DNA of 35,811 nucleotides from Rotaria socialis (taxonomy: Eukaryota): positions 4,015 to 39,825 of the forward strand of contig CAJNYT010000045.1 in the NCBI GenBank assembly GCA_905331485.1, given 5' to 3'. Below are positions 10,568-23,379 of the stretch, in pieces. The position numbers were made by a program, and so were the translations under genes. The notes beneath the pieces are model-generated. The model did not search any database. It had not been told where the DNA came from and saw only the letters and a program-made list of their open reading frames with translations. How positions within the stretch are numbered: position 1 is the stretch's first letter; every line of letters begins with the position of its first letter.

Positions 10568-13500
10568 ATGGCTGATCCAAAAGTTACCGGTGGTATGAAT
10601 ATTTTAATTCTTTTGCATTACGATTCAATCCTCGTTGTTTTTTTTCTTCTTTGAATTTTAGTTTACCGAGTTCCTCCTTTCTACTATCTGCATGTACTTG
10701 ATCAAAATAAAAATGTAAGCCGACTTGAAGTTGGCCCACTCACATTTGTTAAACAAGATCATGAAAAAGTCCTCGTTGGGCCAGAACGCATGATAATAAT
10801 TCCGTATGTTGAAGTTGTTTTTCTTTCTTTGATTTCATTAAAAATTCTATGCATAACTAATTATCTAGTCCTCGCCATTATTGCGTCGTTGAAAATCCAG
10901 CTGTTCGTGATAAAAATGCGAAAGTTGTTATTGATTCTAATGGTCAAGTTAAGTTGTTACATTCGGATGTTGATATTCGATTTGCTCAAGAGCCATTTCC
11001 ACTCTATCCTGGTGAAATACTCAAACAAACTGTAACACCACTGAAAGTTATTGAGCCTAACTGTGCATTACGCCTTCGTGCGGTTTTGGATTTTATTGAT
11101 GAGAATGATCAACAGATACGTGCTGGAGATGAATTTCTCTTCTGTGGACCAGGTAAAACAGCAAAAAAAATATGCTAAATTTTTTAATGTTAAACATGTT
11201 CGAATAAATTTATTTCTAGGAACTTATCTGCCACGTAAAGAAGTTAGCGTTGAAGAACAAATAAAAGCTGTTATTCTGAAATCAAACGAAGCTGTTCGAT
11301 TACGTGCAAAAAAAGAGATGGTTGACCGCGATGGAATTGCACGCGAAACAGGCGAAGAATGGCTTAATCGTACTATTGGTTCATACTTACCATTAGCTTA
11401 CGAAGAAGTTGTTTCAACAGTTAAAGCCTATGTACTAACTGACAAAGTATGTGTTCTTAGGAATCAGTCGTCTTTTTTCATGATGTATTTATTTCATTGT
11501 CCTTTTTTTTCTTCCAGAAAGCTCTTCATTTACGAGCATTGGGCACATTTATTGATTCATTCAAACATAAACGTCTCAATGGAGAAGAATGGCTTGTATA
11601 TGCCTCTGATGCTGAAACATATATTCCAGATGTTTTTGAAGAGGTAGATATAATTAAATATATTTATTTCATAGATGAAAAATAATGAATAAAATATTTA
11701 GGTTGTTGGTGTTGTAGCAGTAACTGTATTAAATTCTCGTCAATACGCTGTTATTATTGATCCTGTTGGTTCAGATGGTAAACCACAACTTGGAAAGAAA
11801 AAGCTTGTTAAAGTATGCTAAATTAAAATCATATGAATTTTAAATTAAAATCTTTCGATTTTTTCTAAAGGGAGAAACAACATTCTTTCTTCAACCCGGT
11901 GAAAAATTAGCTAAAGGTATTCAGGATGTCTATGTTCTGGAAGACGATGAAGGGCTCATTCTTCGTTGTACTGAATCATTTAAAGAAGATGGAGTAAGTT
12001 AATACTTTGTGTGAAATTTTTATTTATCAATTGTATCCGATTGTTTTTATAGACGGTACTACGTAATCCCGGTGATCGTTGGATGATCCGAGGGCCCAAA
12101 GACTATATTCCAGCTGTAGAATCGGAAGTAGTACTCCGACGTAGAGCTACACCATTAGATGTCAACGAAGGTATTTATGTTCGAGATGTTAAAACTGGTA
12201 AAGTTCGATCAGTCATTGGCACTACATATTTATTGACTGAAAATGAAGAACTTTGGGAAAAAGAATTACCCGCCCAAGTTGAACTACTTCTCAATCAAGA
12301 TGCTCGATGTTTTGATGATAAATCAGCACAAAAAGCAACTATACCACCAAGAGATAAATCGAAAGTAGTTGCCTATCGAGTTCCACACAATGCTTGTGTA
12401 CAAATTTATGACTTCAAATCTAAAAAAGCACGCATTGTTTTTGGCCCTGAACTTGTTATGCTCGGGCCAGATGAGCAATTCACAATATTGAATTTATCCG
12501 GTGAAAAACCCAAAGTACCAAATAAAATTCGAGCTATTTGCCTTTTAATGGGACCCGAATTTTCAAGTGATATTGTAACAATCGAATCAAGTGATCATGC
12601 TCGTCTTTCACTCAGACTTTCATATAACTGGCATTTTGAGGTAAGAATTATAAGAGTTTACAAAGAAAAGAGAATGAAGTCTTTGTTTTTTTTTTACATT
12701 ATTTTAGGTTAATGATTGTAATGATCAAAAAGAAGTTACAAAACTTTTTTCAGTACCAGATTTTATTGGTGATTTCTGTAAAGCTGTAGCAGCTAAAATC
12801 CGTGGTACTGTTGCTGGTATTTCATTCGATGATTTTCATAAGAACTCAGCGAAAATCATTCGAACCTCAGTATTTGGTCTTGATGAAAATAAACATGTGA
12901 AAAAAAGACTAGTATTTCCACAAAATAGTTTGGTTCTGACATCGATTGATATTCAAAGTGTTGAACCAGTAGACCAACGAACACGAGATGCTCTTCAAAA
13001 GAGTGTTCAATTAGCTATTGAAGTAAGATGATAAAATACAATTGGTTGAGCTGTGATGTTTAACTTCAATCTATGTCATTTTTTAGATTACAACAAATTC
13101 ACAAGAAGCCCAAGCGAAGTATGTTTAACAAAAAATGAACTTCAAATTTTTATTTGCTTCGTTTTTCCTATAGACATTTAGCTTCACGCACAGAACAAGA
13201 AGCAAAGGGTCATTTAGAACGACAAAAAATTGCTGATGAAGCAGAAGGTAGAGTTTGATTTTATGTGAAATTGAAATTTTAAACATTTTCATTTTTATAG
13301 CTGAAAAGGAACGACGAAAATTATTAGAACTTCAAGCACTGTCATCTGCTGTTGAAACCACCGGTCAATCACGTGCTGAAGCTCAATCAAGAGCAGAAGC
13401 AGCTAAAATCGAAGGTGCAGCTGCCGTTGATCAAGGTATGTCTCATATTGAACATCTGTATCGATATAGATATTATATGTTGTCTTTTCTGTTTTTCAGC

Positions 13501-13907
13501 TACACTTCGTGCACAAGCGTCAAAGATTGAATCTGATGCTGAACTTATACGTTTAACACAAGCACGTCAACTTGAATTACATTATTCAACATCGACGACT
13601 AATTTAGAAATTGAAAAAGCAAAACGACTAGCCGACATTGAAATTTCCGAATTCAAAGAGCATGTTGCTGCTATCGGTCCAAAAACTATTCAAGCTATTG
13701 CTACTAGCGGACTCGATAATCAAGTAAGATTTTATCTTAATAAGAATTCATGCTACACTTTACTAACTGCTTGATTTTTTTCTCATTATTCAGGTTAAAC
13801 TTCTCCAAGCTCTTGGTATTAAGTCAACTTTGATCACTGACGGACGCAGTCCAATTAATCTTTTCAATACTGCCGTTGATTTAGTTGGCGCACCACAAAG
13901 ACAATAA
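10568..13907 (+). CDS. MVP: Major vault protein, copy 1 (14 exons, 839 aa)
   Basis: Exons: 10568-10592, 10662-10803, 10869-11152, 11220-11446, 11518-11643, 11702-11812, 11871-11993, 12053-12640, 12708-13022, 13087-13118, 13174-13247, 13301-13435, 13500-13723, 13794-13907 (stop TAA). Exon lengths sum to 2520 nt with phases consistent. All junctions are GT-AG. Product [66 protein letters not shown]...[45 protein letters not shown]...[40 protein letters not shown]...[61 protein letters not shown]...[22 protein letters not shown] aligns across its length to MVP (vault repeat domains, shoulder, cap-helix). Confidence 0.9.
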
Positions 13908-15007
13908 AACGATTGAGAACAAATCAATCAAGAAAAAACAAAAACTCATAAAATTTGAATTTCTATGTCCAGTTTTAGACACAAGACATTAGTCAGATTC
14001 TTAAAATAAAAACACATGTTTTTTTGTAAGAAGGACAGAACATTGTTTTATACTTATTATTTTTAATATATGTATGTGACCTCAGAATATAGCTTTTTCC
14101 ATTCGAAAAATAAAATAATTTAATAAAATTTGGTATATATATATATATGTTAATTTTATTGAAGTAATTGAGAAAGTTGAGTATGATACATAAAAAAAAT
14201 GATATTCTACCTGAAATGAAATCATTTTCAACGCTAACACAAACGCAAAGGCTCGATTGATTCTAGGGAAATATGAGTTTGGGAAATGCGAATGAATCAG
14301 ATTCGATTTAATTTAGTATTCACCAAAACATTTAGCTTCTATTCAAATGATATTTTAAATGTACTAAACAAAACAAAACACATTTGGGAAGAGTAAATCT
14401 TAAGAGGGCGATTTCTCAAGTGTGACTAAGCCAATGCAACGAACATTCTAACAAAAGATAAGCTCCGACGAGCCTCCGAAAATTGTCCCCCAACTACTAA
14501 TAACTTTGCTGAGTGGATCTTTATTTCAAGTGAAGTATTTGTAAATTAATGGAAGTATGAGATTTTCATCTATGTTTTCTGCCGACGACTCAACAAATCA
14601 CGAAAGTCGCTCTTACACTCTTAGGTTGTTTTTTCGAACTGAAATACGAAATTTCAATTTAAAATAAATTCACGTATCGCAATGAATTTTCGAGGTATTC
14701 ACAAGCCATAAAATAAAAACATCGAAATTGTCAAGGTGAAGTAAAGAAATGCATCGCCATGGGGTGCCTATTTTTGACGCACCTTTTAATACATTTGAAA
14801 AGAGCTAGGAAGTAGATAATAAATAGGCAGTGAAAAAATTGTTTCTTATGATGATCATCACAGTTTATTATTCATACATGAACTACACAATAAGTAGAGT
14901 GCACTTATATAGTTAAATTATTAATACGAAAACAAGAAGGGACGGACAAAAATTATTGTTTTTCGTCAACAAAAAGCAAGTTTTATCTAATAATTTTCTT
15001 CAATGCA

Positions 15008-18000
15008 TTAATTAGGTGCTCCACCCGCATTACTAATTGTATTTGCATTTAAACCACCTAAAAGTCCTTGTCCAAAACCCATTAGATTGATAGGTGAATG
15101 GCCATCAGTAACCAACATGGACTGAAGACCGAGGGCTTGCAAAAGTTTAACTTGTGTATCTGGACCTGAAGTTGCAATGGCTTGTATTGTTGATGCACCG
15201 ATTGATTCAATTTGTAATTTGAATTTGTCGGTTTCAATACGTGACATTTCAGCTTTTTTAGTAATTTCTAATTCATTCTGTTCACGTAAATAGTTAATTT
15301 CAGCTTCTCGTGCCAATTTTAAACGTGATATTTCAGCTTCGGCTTCAATTCGCGCAGCGTCAGCCCTGAGACGAGCTAAACAAATGAAAATTCATTTGTT
15401 CAATTGCATTGGAGAAATAAAATAAAATATCTATACCTTGTTCAACAGACGCTCGTCCTTCAATGAGAGCAGATTCGGCTCGACTTTGTGCTTCGGCTTT
15501 AGCTTGACCTGTGACTTCAACAGCCGATGATTCAGCTTGTAACAGGAGAAGTTGTTTTCGAACCTCTTCAGCTTCAGCATCATCTTTAATACGTTGACGT
15601 TCTAGTAAACCTTTTGCTTCTTGTTCTCGACGCGAAGCTTCATGCTTAGCAGCAGCTTCTTGTGAATTTGTTGTAATCTAAAATGCAGACATACACGAAA
15701 ATTAATCACCACAATTCAATCGATTGTCTTTTATCTTACTTCAATGGCTAATTGAACACTCTTCTGAAGAGCATCTCGCGTTCGTTGATCAACTGGTTCA
15801 ACACTTTGAATATCAATCGATGTAATGACAAGATTGTTTTGTGGAAAAATAAAGTTATCTCGTATTTTTTGATTTGCATCAAGACCAAATACAGACGTAC
15901 GAATAATTTGAGCTGAATTCTTATGAAAATCATCAAATTGTGTACCAGCAACAGCACCACGAACACGTGAAGCTATAGCTTTAGCTGCATCACCAACAAA
16001 ATCTGGTACAGAAAAAAGTTTGGATGCTTCTTTGTCGTCATCAATATCTGATATTTCAAAATGCCAATTGTATGAAAGTTGAAGTGAAAGACGAGCATGA
16101 TCAGCTGTTTCAATAACAATCACATCAGTAAAAAAATCTGGTCCAAGAAGTAAGCAAAGTGTTTGAATTTGATTTGGTTTTTTTGGTACACTGCCACTCA
16201 ATGAAAGTAATGTAAAATGCTCATCGGGTCCAAGCATAACAAGTTCAGGGCCAAATATAATACGTGCTTTCTTAGCTTTATAATCATAAATTTGTACAGC
16301 GGCATTGTGTGGTACACGATAGGTAACTAGTTTTGATTTGTCACGTTTGGCAGCATTTACGTTTGAACTTGTTGCTGTTGTTGCTGCTTGTTGTTGAGAT
16401 TGATTTTTATCTGATGTTTGACTTCGTGTGAGAACATTTCGTTCACTTAAAGCATCACGAGACAATAGTTCTTCAACTTTCTTAGGTAATTCTTTTTGCC
16501 ATAATTCTTCATCTTGTGTTAACATATAAGTTTCACCAATGACGGCGCGGACACAACCAGTTTTGATATCACGAACATAGATACCTTCATTGGCATCCAA
16601 TGGCAAAGCTTTTCGACGTGTAACAACTTCAACTTGTGTTGGAGGAATATATTCACTAAAATTCACAAGAATAATATTAATTTAGACCTTTCATAGAGAC
16701 ATTAAATATCTTACGTTGGACCACGAATCATCCAACGATCACCGGGATTTCGATTAACATTAGCTTGCGTATCTTTAAATGCTTCAATACATTTTAGAAT
16801 AACACCTTCATCTTCACCTAAGATAAACACATCTTGAATACCATTTTGAAGTTTTTCACCGGGTTGAAGAAAGAATGATTTTTCACCGACAACAAGTTTC
16901 TACGAAAGAAAACAAAATCAACATAATTAATCGCTCTGATTTCATTGAGATAAAAAACTTGCTTTTTTCCCTAATTGTGGTTTTCCATCAGCAACTGGAT
17001 CGATTATAACACAATATTGACGTGATGTCAATGTTACTACATTAACAACAGAAACTAATTGTTCATAGACACTAAGAATGTGTGTTTCAGTGTCAGCAAG
17101 TGTTACAAGCCATTCTTCACCATTCATACGTTCTTTACCGAATTCATCGGTAAAAGTTTTTAATGCACAAAGATGAAGAGCTTTTTTATCGGTTAATACA
17201 TAAGCATTTTCTACTGAAACCACAGTTTCCTAAAATTAACAAGATTTGAATTTCGCATACCGACGAGATTTTGCACTTACATATGCAAGTGGTAAATATG
17301 CACCGGTCTTTTTAATTAACCACTCTTCACCAGTAACACGCCGTTGGCCTGTACGATCAACGATTTCTTTTTTTGCGCAAAGCCTTATAGCTTGATTAGA
17401 CGAGATAACTGTAGCACGAATTTGTTCTTCAACGCTAACTTCTTTACGAGGAATATAAGTAGCTGGCCCTTCAAATAACCATTCATCTCCAGCCCGACGT
17501 TGTTCGCCTGCTGTTTCATCTTGAAAATCTAGGACAGCTTTTAAGCGTAACGCTGAATTAGCAGGAACAACTTTTAATGGAGTAACAGGCTTTAAAATAT
17601 AAAAAGTAGTTTTGTTTTATTCTCAATAGAAAATGTTTAGTGTTTTTTTTTATACTTGACGAAGAATTTCACCGGGATAGAGAGGAAAAGGTGATTGATC
17701 AGGTTGTGAAAGACGAATTTCCAAGTCAGCATGAACAAGTTTCGCTTGTCCATTGCTATCGAAAATAACTGCGCCAGCATCATTGCGTACTACAGGTGAT
17801 TCAATAACACAGTAATGACGGGGCCTAAAAACACATCCAAATTTTCACTTTCTTTCAGCGTCTTTTCTTAGATTAACAATTATAAACGTACGGTACTGTA
17901 ATCATTTTTTCTGGTCCGATGGTGACTGTTTCATTGTCTTGTTTAATAAATGTTTTGGGACCAATTTCAAGTCTCGTAACATTTGTATTTTGATCCAAAA

Positions 18001-18079
18001 CATGAATATAATAATAAGGAGGAATTCGATAAAGTGGACCAGAATCACTTTTCTTATCCATAGTTGTTGCTTTACTCAT
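15008..18079 (-). CDS. MVP: Major vault protein, copy 2 (8 exons, 881 aa), convergent with copy 1
   Basis: Exons (minus strand, 5-prime to 3-prime): 18079-17892, 17824-17656, 17589-17281, 17229-16963, 16899-16715, 16655-15740, 15680-15437, 15375-15008 (stop TAA). Lengths sum to 2646 nt, phase-consistent. Product [78 protein letters not shown]...[58 protein letters not shown]...[24 protein letters not shown] is about 65-70% identical to copy 1. A 28-aa low-complexity insertion ([28 protein letters not shown]) falls in the variable loop. Intron 4 uses a GC donor (aaaaaa|GCAAGT...tttcgtag|aaactt). An upstream in-frame TTG-initiated extension shown in the ORF track is not a real start. Confidence 0.88.
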
Positions 18080-18149
18080 TGTGTATGTGTTTGTAGAATG
18101 TTCGTATGTCAGTAACAATCTATAGTCAAGAAAAAAAAACGTTGATTCT

Positions 18150-18160
18150 CTTTTATAAAC
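18150..18160 (-). promoter_or_regulatory. TATA box (minus strand TTTATAAAAG) about 75 bp upstream of the MVP-2 ATG
   Basis: Plus-strand ttttataaac at about 18151-18160. Position relative to the ATG at 18079. Confidence 0.3.
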
Positions 18161-18919
18161 TCAAAATATAAAGACTATGGTATTGCATGTTGAATGATTA
18201 AGTATTTTTCAAAGCATTGTGCAAGTTTGCCCCATGTCAGAGAAAGGAAGAAAAGAAAAACAAATATCGCGGTAAAATCTATATTTCACTCTCTTTTACA
18301 TCTTGGTGTTCTTGCACAAGTTTTTATTTTTTCAAGCTTTTTGTTTTCAAGGCTATTTGCAGTGCAGAAATAGGCAAATATTTTGGAGGTTTAATTCAGC
18401 AGTGAATAGAATTGCGTTTGAAAAAGAAACCTCAGAATTACTCATTCTGATAAATTACCTAGAAATTACACCGAAATGAGAAACGAAGCAAATTTCAACC
18501 AAATATGCAACCGACAAAAACAAAAATTTATCAGTTTTACTTTCATAGATCAATCCAGAAGTGATTCTGAAAAATGTAGAGTATGACGTTTTTTTTACCA
18601 GAAGGTAGTAGTGTTGTAAAGAATTTGTTTTTAACCGAGCATTGCAAGCAAACTGCTGAAAGATAAATGGGGCATTTGCTTTTAAAGAAACAAAAAAGGT
18701 CATTCGTGGAAAATTTATCACAGATTATTTCAAACTGATGTAACTGTGATCATATTGAATGAAGATTCAAATCAATCGTAGTGCCACATCATTTTACAGT
18801 TTTTCTCAATCTACGCATTTTATATATACAGTTGAGAATGATGCAAAAGAATTCTGAGCACAACAGATAAATAATTTTACAATAAGGATATTAAATGATG
18901 CATTGTCATACTAATGAGG

Positions 18920-19100
18920 TTTTGCTGTATATTGACAATGTTACTTGATCGTAGATACAAAATTGATCGTCGCTGTCGACTGCATCACATCCTAAGAACA
19001 TCAATAGAAATCTTGTCTTCGATGGAATCACATTCCCAATGGAAAGATGTGCATGCAGATGTTTATTACTTCCGCACACTCAAGACGACGAATATCTTTC
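18920..19100 (-). pseudogene. Truncated third copy of the 3-prime end of the pentapeptide-repeat gene (duplication remnant)
   Basis: acttgatcgtagatacaaaattgatcgtcgctgtcgactgcatcacatcc...atcaatagaaatcttgtcttcgatggaatcac is homologous to 20540-20650 (gene A tail) and 24305-24420 (gene B tail). No upstream remainder of the gene is present. Confidence 0.4.
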
Positions 19101-20715
19101 GAACTCGCTATCAACTTTTATGTTTATCTCAACTATCAACTCTGTCTCTCAATTACATTTGAGCTTGAAAAGAGGGTATCAGTGTGAATTGTTCTTATGT
19201 TGTTTGTCGTTGTAATATAACAATGGCGAGAAAATATAGTTTTCAAAAACTTCATATCGTTGCAAGAACGAGTAGTAGCACTTAAAAACAAGTCAAAGAA
19301 ACAAGATAGACGAATAGTATTTGGCTTGAGTATATGACTTCGTGATTTAAAATACAATAGAAAATATTATGCAAACAGACCGAGATTTCATCATATTTTT
19401 ATCGGGTTATTAAAGAAAAAGGTCATATAATGTCACTTTTCTTAGCTGACACAAGATAGTACCTCTTAGTTGTCTGCTTGCCAATTCTCTGTTGAGTTGA
19501 TTACTCTTTATCGTTAGCCTATGTGAAAATAAATCTATAATCATATGTCTATGCACGTTATAATACACGTGTGAATAAATTGACATTGTTTTCAGAACAA
19601 TGCCCCAATTTTCTACTTGGTGTATCAATGTGACTACCTGATTACTATTGGGTTATATTCTTCGAAGCTACATCACCAAGAGAACAAACAGCAATGACCT
19701 CTCTACCGATGCCAATAGATGATTCTCCGAGATTGGTTTACATTTTCAGTATGGTTTCTATTATTATCTTCCTACTGATTATCGTCTGCTATATCTCAAT
19801 CGTTAGAGAGTGCTTAGAAGCAACACCTAGAAGAACACTGCCGACACCTCGATACTTTCAAATAGATGAGTATCCACAATTGGTCAACTCCTATGCTGAG
19901 CAACCCCTCGGTCAACCCGTGGAATTCTAACGCCATCAGATATCACCCATAATCGATCTCAACCAATATCAACAATGAATTTCGAAAACTTAAACTATAC
20001 CGATAATATTATTCAGTTTATTGGTTGACAACTTTATTGAAATAGTTTATTTCTTGGCAAGGATATATGTTGCTGATAAATGGGTGCCTAATATTGCTCT
20101 TTATACGAATGCTCCAATAACCGACTTCTGTCTTATGTTGTTCCACTTTTTGGTTAACTAGTGCACTAGTCTCTCCTTAATATGAAGAAGCTAAAAGCAG
20201 GCTCTTTAATTAAATGTTTCTTTCCTGATTGCTTTTAATCATAATCCAAACCTTATGCGATTGCAACCTATTTTCAGAGTGGTACACATCAAATAATTCG
20301 ATTGAGCATTTAATGCGTGAGAATGGCATGTATATTCTCCGGTTAATGTCAACATTTTCTCAAAAATTGCCAGGATGAGTTTACATATTTCGATAAAGAC
20401 AACTTCTTTCTGCAGATACAATTCAATTGTTATTGTTTTCAAAAATATGTTATACATAAAATTGACATATTCGTGTCGTAATGCGTATTTACCAAAAAAA
20501 ATCCTTTATCATCTTTACGAGATCTTTCTAAAAACTGATAATGTTATTTGATCAAAGAGACAAAATTGGTCGTTGCTACCAACTGTATTACATCCCAGCG
20601 ATACTGCTATAAATCTTGTCGTTGGTGGGATCATATTAACAAGTGAATGTTGATGGAATGACGATGTCAAATTTTTCATATGAACTTAAAATACAAGCAC
20701 AATAACAATAGTGAA

Positions 20716-22057
20716 TCATGAAAGCCCTACCGGCAACGACTTACTAAATACTGAACTTCCAAAACCAAATGAATTTTTATTTTGTGAAAAATGTACTGTC
20801 ATCGTTAACGAATCTTTGTCATTTGGATTTTTCAATCCGAACCATCCAAATAAATTGAACATAGCTAGTTTTAAATCGATCAAACGAGAGAAGTTTTGAA
20901 CGGACAAAAGTTGATAGTAGGTCATGTCTTTATCTATTTTGAAAAAGCAATCGTCTTCGACTTTAGACATATTCACTGGTACGTTTGTTTGAAAATGAAT
21001 AATATTTAGTGGTTCATTAGTGATGACACCATTCCAATGTGGCGTTACATTGAGATGACACTACAAAAAAACGAAATGAAAAACACTCCACAACGGGATA
21101 TATGACAAAACTAACTTCTGGCTCTGCTCGACCATGCATAAGCAAATTCTGTGAATCGATAATACTGAACGTGCCATCCGGTAAGCGAGTATTGAGCAAA
21201 ATTACTGGCTTCAAGCCGAGAAAGGGTGGTGGATTCAATAAGGAATTTCCAATAACACTTTGATACAAATCAACATTTGTGAAATCTACATTCTGATAAA
21301 CTCCATCACCAATGAATGATTGACGAAGATCAGCGCTCGTGAACTTTGCTTCATACATTTGGTTGTCACGAAATTTTGCCTTATTCAAATTGGCATTCTG
21401 AAAATTCGCAAGCGCAAGATTGTTCAACAGAAAGTTAGAACCAACCATTGACGCACTCTCAAACACTGCATATGTGAGAGTACAACCATCGAATATGACA
21501 TTTTCTGCGATGACTCCAGGCAAATAAAGAAAGGAAAGATCACAGACTTGTGTCGAAGATTGCACAAGCTTCATTCCACTAAAATCCGCCCCACGTATAT
21601 CAATTTTCGGTGTGATATCGTGTCGAATCAGACGACTTTCATACAAAAAAAGAAACACATCACGCTTACGGGTAGGGTCAAGATTTCTTAGGACCGTTAA
21701 TGTTTGAACGCGAATTTGCAGAAGAGACTTGTTAATATTTTGTTCAAAATTTTCATCTAAAAGAAGATCTCTCATATCATCCATATACTCTTTGAAGAGA
21801 ATCCTTCGATTCGTTTCATCGGCTTGTCTTTGATCTTGGTCACGTGTCGCCCTAGCCGCAGCATCTTGTTGTAACGTGAAGACAATCGTAAACACTCCAA
21901 AAACAATAGTTGGCAATGCAGCAAGTGTAAGCTTGAATATATTCATACATTTAATTGGCTTTGATTTCTTACGAGTCACCACATCAGATGACGTTTGTGC
22001 CGCAGATGATGACACGATTGAATTTCCTCGTGTGAAATCAAATGAACTGTTATCCAT
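20716..22057 (-). CDS. Pentapeptide-repeat single-pass membrane protein, tandem copy A (2 exons, 428 aa; C-terminal tail lost to stop)
   Basis: Exon 1 22057-21116, exon 2 21060-20716. The 55-bp intron has donor gaa|GTTAGT and acceptor tttttttgtag|tgtcat. The reading frame continues across the intron, and the exon 2 frame is conserved codon-for-codon with copy B. Product: about 45-aa N-terminal tail, hydrophobic helix LTLAALPTIVFGVFTIVFTL, a juxtamembrane charged segment, then about 24 consecutive pentapeptide repeats (ADFSG MKLVQ ... ANFQN ANLNK AKFRD NQMYE AKFTS ADLRQ ... VDFTN VDLYQ), then CHLNVTPHW...IIHFQTNVPVNMSKVEDDCFFKIDKD...FGLKNPNDKDSL...SKSLPVGLS*. The downstream 195 bp (20520-20715) still aligns in frame with copy B's C-terminal extension but carries TGA and TAA codons. 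Confidence 0.75.
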
Positions 22058-23379
22058 AGTTTGTTGAAAGATGAGAGCACGAAAAATTTCACGTATTATA
22101 ATAAATTCAAGGTTGATAGTATCTAAAATCTATATTGTGTTGTGATTCGTTCGAACATACAAAAAAAGTAAAAAGAACCAGTTATTTATACCTGTGTGGG
22201 AAGCTTTATATTAACATAATAGGCATTCGCAGCAAATTGAGTTTGACGGATGTCTATGATATCCTCTGAATCTGACCTCATCGTCAATTGTAACGTTTTC
22301 TATCACGAACTATATATTCCGAATGACGTACCTTTCACAATAGTTTTTCATAGAGTAGTCATTGTATCGATAGATAAAACAAAACAATCTCTCGACTGAT
22401 CTAACAGCTTTGTAGAATGAGAAAAAACATCTTCTATCATTGGCCAAAAGCGATCTTTTGAAAAATGTCAATTTATTAGCATAATTCACAAGATCAGTGT
22501 TGAGTGGCTAATGACATTTCTATTGAAAGTAAATGAATTCAATGTGTTAGTCAAAATATCAAGATATATTGTAGAAAAAAAAGTAGAACATCATCTAATA
22601 CATTGGATTAACATTTTTCTTTGTCATAAAAGTCGAAATTTCAATTGCATCTGATTAAAACTACCTGCTGTGACAATACGAAACCAGGCTTTGTGCTCTT
22701 CTGATGAGTAGTATGGATACGATGAAATATTTTCTGATTTCGACACAAACATTCTGCTAACAGTTACTTTTCGGACATCTGAGAATCCTTGGATTATTTG
22801 ATAATCTTCTCTCATGAACTAGGGAAAAGTCTACTGATGCCAATGCAATAGTAGCGATTGTTACAGTCATATTATTAGTCAACCCAATATTCTTTGCAAT
22901 TATGTCTACTTTTCGTATCTTGAAATTCAACAAATGGGTAGTGCACAGCAATTATTCAAATTGTATATTCTTCGAATAGCTGTTGGCAGTTAGAGACCTG
23001 CAGGTTGTAGATAAGTGTTCTGTTCTGCCCTAGTAGTACAGGGTAGATTGTAGGGTATAACTATTTTAATCTGCCAACCTGTAATTAACCTAATGTATTC
23101 CGTATTGTTGGTGTCTCGTCAGACCTATTCAGTAGGAAATGTTTGGAAGCCTGTAGCCTAGCTCACCATTGATTGAGATCGGTCTCGGTCACGGTGCATA
23201 AAACCAGATGTGCCGCTACTATATACTTTATACATCTATCTACTAAGTTTTCCACATAGTTTAGTTTCTTAGTTGACCACTTTATTAAGATGATTTATTT
23301 CTGGACGAAAAAGTCCTTTGCTCATAAATGGGTACCTAATATTGCTATTTTTAGTCTTCTCCTATAACTGACGGCTGCC

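Noticed and set aside
19694-19930. 78-aa plus-strand ORF with one hydrophobic segment in a locally GC-richer patch
   Set aside because: No homology that I recognise, and no flanking splice or promoter signals. It could be chance, but it is worth a glance in expression data.
21876-22067. Conserved plus-strand ORFs (also 25637-25828) antisense to the pentapeptide genes
   Set aside because: They lie exactly in the 185-bp identical tract, so their conservation is explained by the gene-conversion or identity block on the opposite strand.
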